A DNA stretch of 64,000 nt from contig NC_091470.1 in the NCBI RefSeq assembly GCF_036971445.1, forward strand, positions 191,332,001-191,396,000, in the 5' to 3' direction. The notes under the pieces were generated by a model. The model searched no databases and had not been told where the DNA came from. It was given only the letters and a program-made list of their open reading frames with translations. A program made the position numbers and the translations under genes. The first letter of the stretch is position 1, and the number at the start of each line of letters is the position of its first letter. Positions 62,085 through 64,000 of the stretch are shown here, one piece after another. This stretch comes from Narcine bancroftii (Eukaryota).

Positions 62085-64000
62085 ATACACCATCACTGAA
62101 CGGTGAACAGTCACATCACATCACCAAATAGTGTAGAGTCACACCCTGTCATCTAATGGTGAACAGCTACACACCAATCGCTGAACGGTGAACAGTCACA
62201 CCCCACTGAATGGTGTACAGTCACACCTCATCACCGACTGGTGAACAGTCACACCCCACAGAATTCTGTACAGTCACACCTCATCACCAACTGGTGAACA
62301 GTCACACCCCACCGAATTGTGTACAGTTACACGCCATCATTGAACAGTCACACATCAGACTGTGTGTGGAACCAAAGTATGAGGGCCACATGTACTGAGG
62401 ATATGTGCTGAGGATCTACCTGTCCCAGGTTTTACGAAGGATGGGCCTGGCCTCAGTTAGCTGGACTTTGCCTCACCACCTCTCCTTGGTGGAAAAGTTT
62501 TTCCAGATCAACATCTTTGACCACAGGCCATCAGGGGCTTGAGGAACTGAGTTACAGAGGAAGATTAAATAGGTTCGGGGTTTATTCCCTGCAGTGTCAG
62601 AGATTAAGGGAGATTTGAATGAGGTATACAAAATTGTGAGCAGTATAAAGCAAGCAGATATTTTCCCTTCTGAGGTTCAGTGAGACAAGAAGTAGAGACA
62701 TGGATTAACAGTGAAAGGTAAAATGTTTAAAGGGAACTTCACACAGACAGTGGTGGGTGTGTAGAACAAGCTGCCTGCTGAAGTGCTGAATACAGGCTCA
62801 ATTTTAACATTTGAGAAGATTGTGAACAGGCACATGGTTGGGAGGGATATGGGGGGGTGGGGCGGTTATGGTCCGGTTACAGGGCAATGGGACTGGGAAG
62901 GATAAAATTTCAGCATAGTCCAGATGGGCCAAAGGCCCTGTTTCTGTGCCGTAGTGTTTTATGATTTCATGGAACAGCAGATGGAATTTAGAATAGCATG
63001 AAGTGATTTAAATAGGGAAGTTCAACCAGGGCAAGGCTTGCAAAGTGAATGACAGGGTCTTAGAGAGTGTTGCAGAACGGAGAGTCCTGGGGTGCAGGTT
63101 CTGTTCTCTTGAAGTAACCATGGAACTGAGAGATGAGGACTTGATGGACCTGGTGGGATGGTTCCCTGAGCAGACCATCCAAGTCATCTGGCGGAATGCC
63201 TCATCGGCAGGGCCCACTAACAAGCACCAGGACTTGGTCTGGCTGCCAGTGAGAAGAACCCTCCCAGTGAGGTCCTTTCTGCACAACCGGAACATCAGCC
63301 TCCATATACGTTGACATCTGACGGCTGTGGTAGAGGGAAACTGTCACTCTTTACTGAATGCAGATACACAGAGAGTGTGGAGAGGGATGGAGGGGGTGAC
63401 AGAGGACTTTGTGATCTATGGACTGTTCCTGGCGATGCACACAGAGTCTGACATCAGAACTGCCGGAAGACCATCAACTCAGTGGAAGACGTACTTGTCC
63501 GCCCTAAACCTGTTGGACGTTCAGTACACGGAGATGTCGGTGAGGGAATGCTGTTGACTGGCACATTCCAGGCAGCAGGAGCACGTGCTGAGGGACACCC
63601 AGAGGCTGGTGCAGCCAACGTGAGGGCGCTGGGGGGAAGGTCCAGTCTAGAGTCCTTCCATTACTGGGCACTGAGGGGCTGAAACTGAGGGTGAGTCCCT
63701 CAACCCATAGAGGGGGGAGTATCGACAAGGTGTCACAGTGATGACAACTGGATGTGGAGAGAACAAATGTAACAATGTACATTGAAGGGAATGTAGAGAT
63801 ATGACTGACACTGAACGGTTGACAGTCACAACCTGTCATCAAAAAGTTTTAAGTCACAACCTGTCACCAAATGATGAACAGACACACCTGTCACTGAACG
63901 GTTTATAGTCATAATCCATCACTGAATGGTGAACATTCAAACCCCATCACTGAACAGTTTAGAGTTACATCCCGTCACCGAATGGTGAACAGACACACCC
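62085..64000. repeat. ~31-bp tandem repeat (cactgaacggtgaacagtcacaccccat) in two blocks (62085-62355, 63807-end) separated by Tx1/CR1 fragments
   Basis: Same unit on both sides of a 1.45-kb LINE mosaic. Confidence 0.85.

Overview
Repeat-rich vertebrate genomic DNA, almost certainly from a cartilaginous fish (shark or ray). This rests on a V-SINE/HE1-type SINE, the CR1/Rex1/RTE/L1-Tx1/Penelope/Gypsy repertoire and a shark-type MHC class II beta exon. There are three N gaps. Most of the window is nested, decayed transposons and several large tandem repeats. The only host gene I can support is an MHC class II beta chain gene on the minus strand. It has a TATA plus multi-CCAAT promoter (~45170-45310), a signal-peptide exon 1 (45122-45026) and a beta-1 peptide-binding exon 2 (41198-40933) with canonical phase-1 splice sites. 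Exon 2 carries three single-base indels, so it is either a pseudogene or a consensus error, and I could not find exon 3 onward in the window. The most notable regulatory observation is that the proximal promoter has stacked Y/CCAAT boxes but no correctly spaced X box, while a canonical X1-X2-20bp-Y module lies ~18 kb downstream in inverted orientation (27027-27070). Other observations: sense-strand G-rich tracts and a CpG island around exon 2, two LINEs of different clades (L1 and RTE) with TSD-bounded 5' inversions, and a 2.9-kb TGAGGTCA satellite upstream of the gene. Repeat boundaries are approximate and family names come from motif recognition, not database searches.
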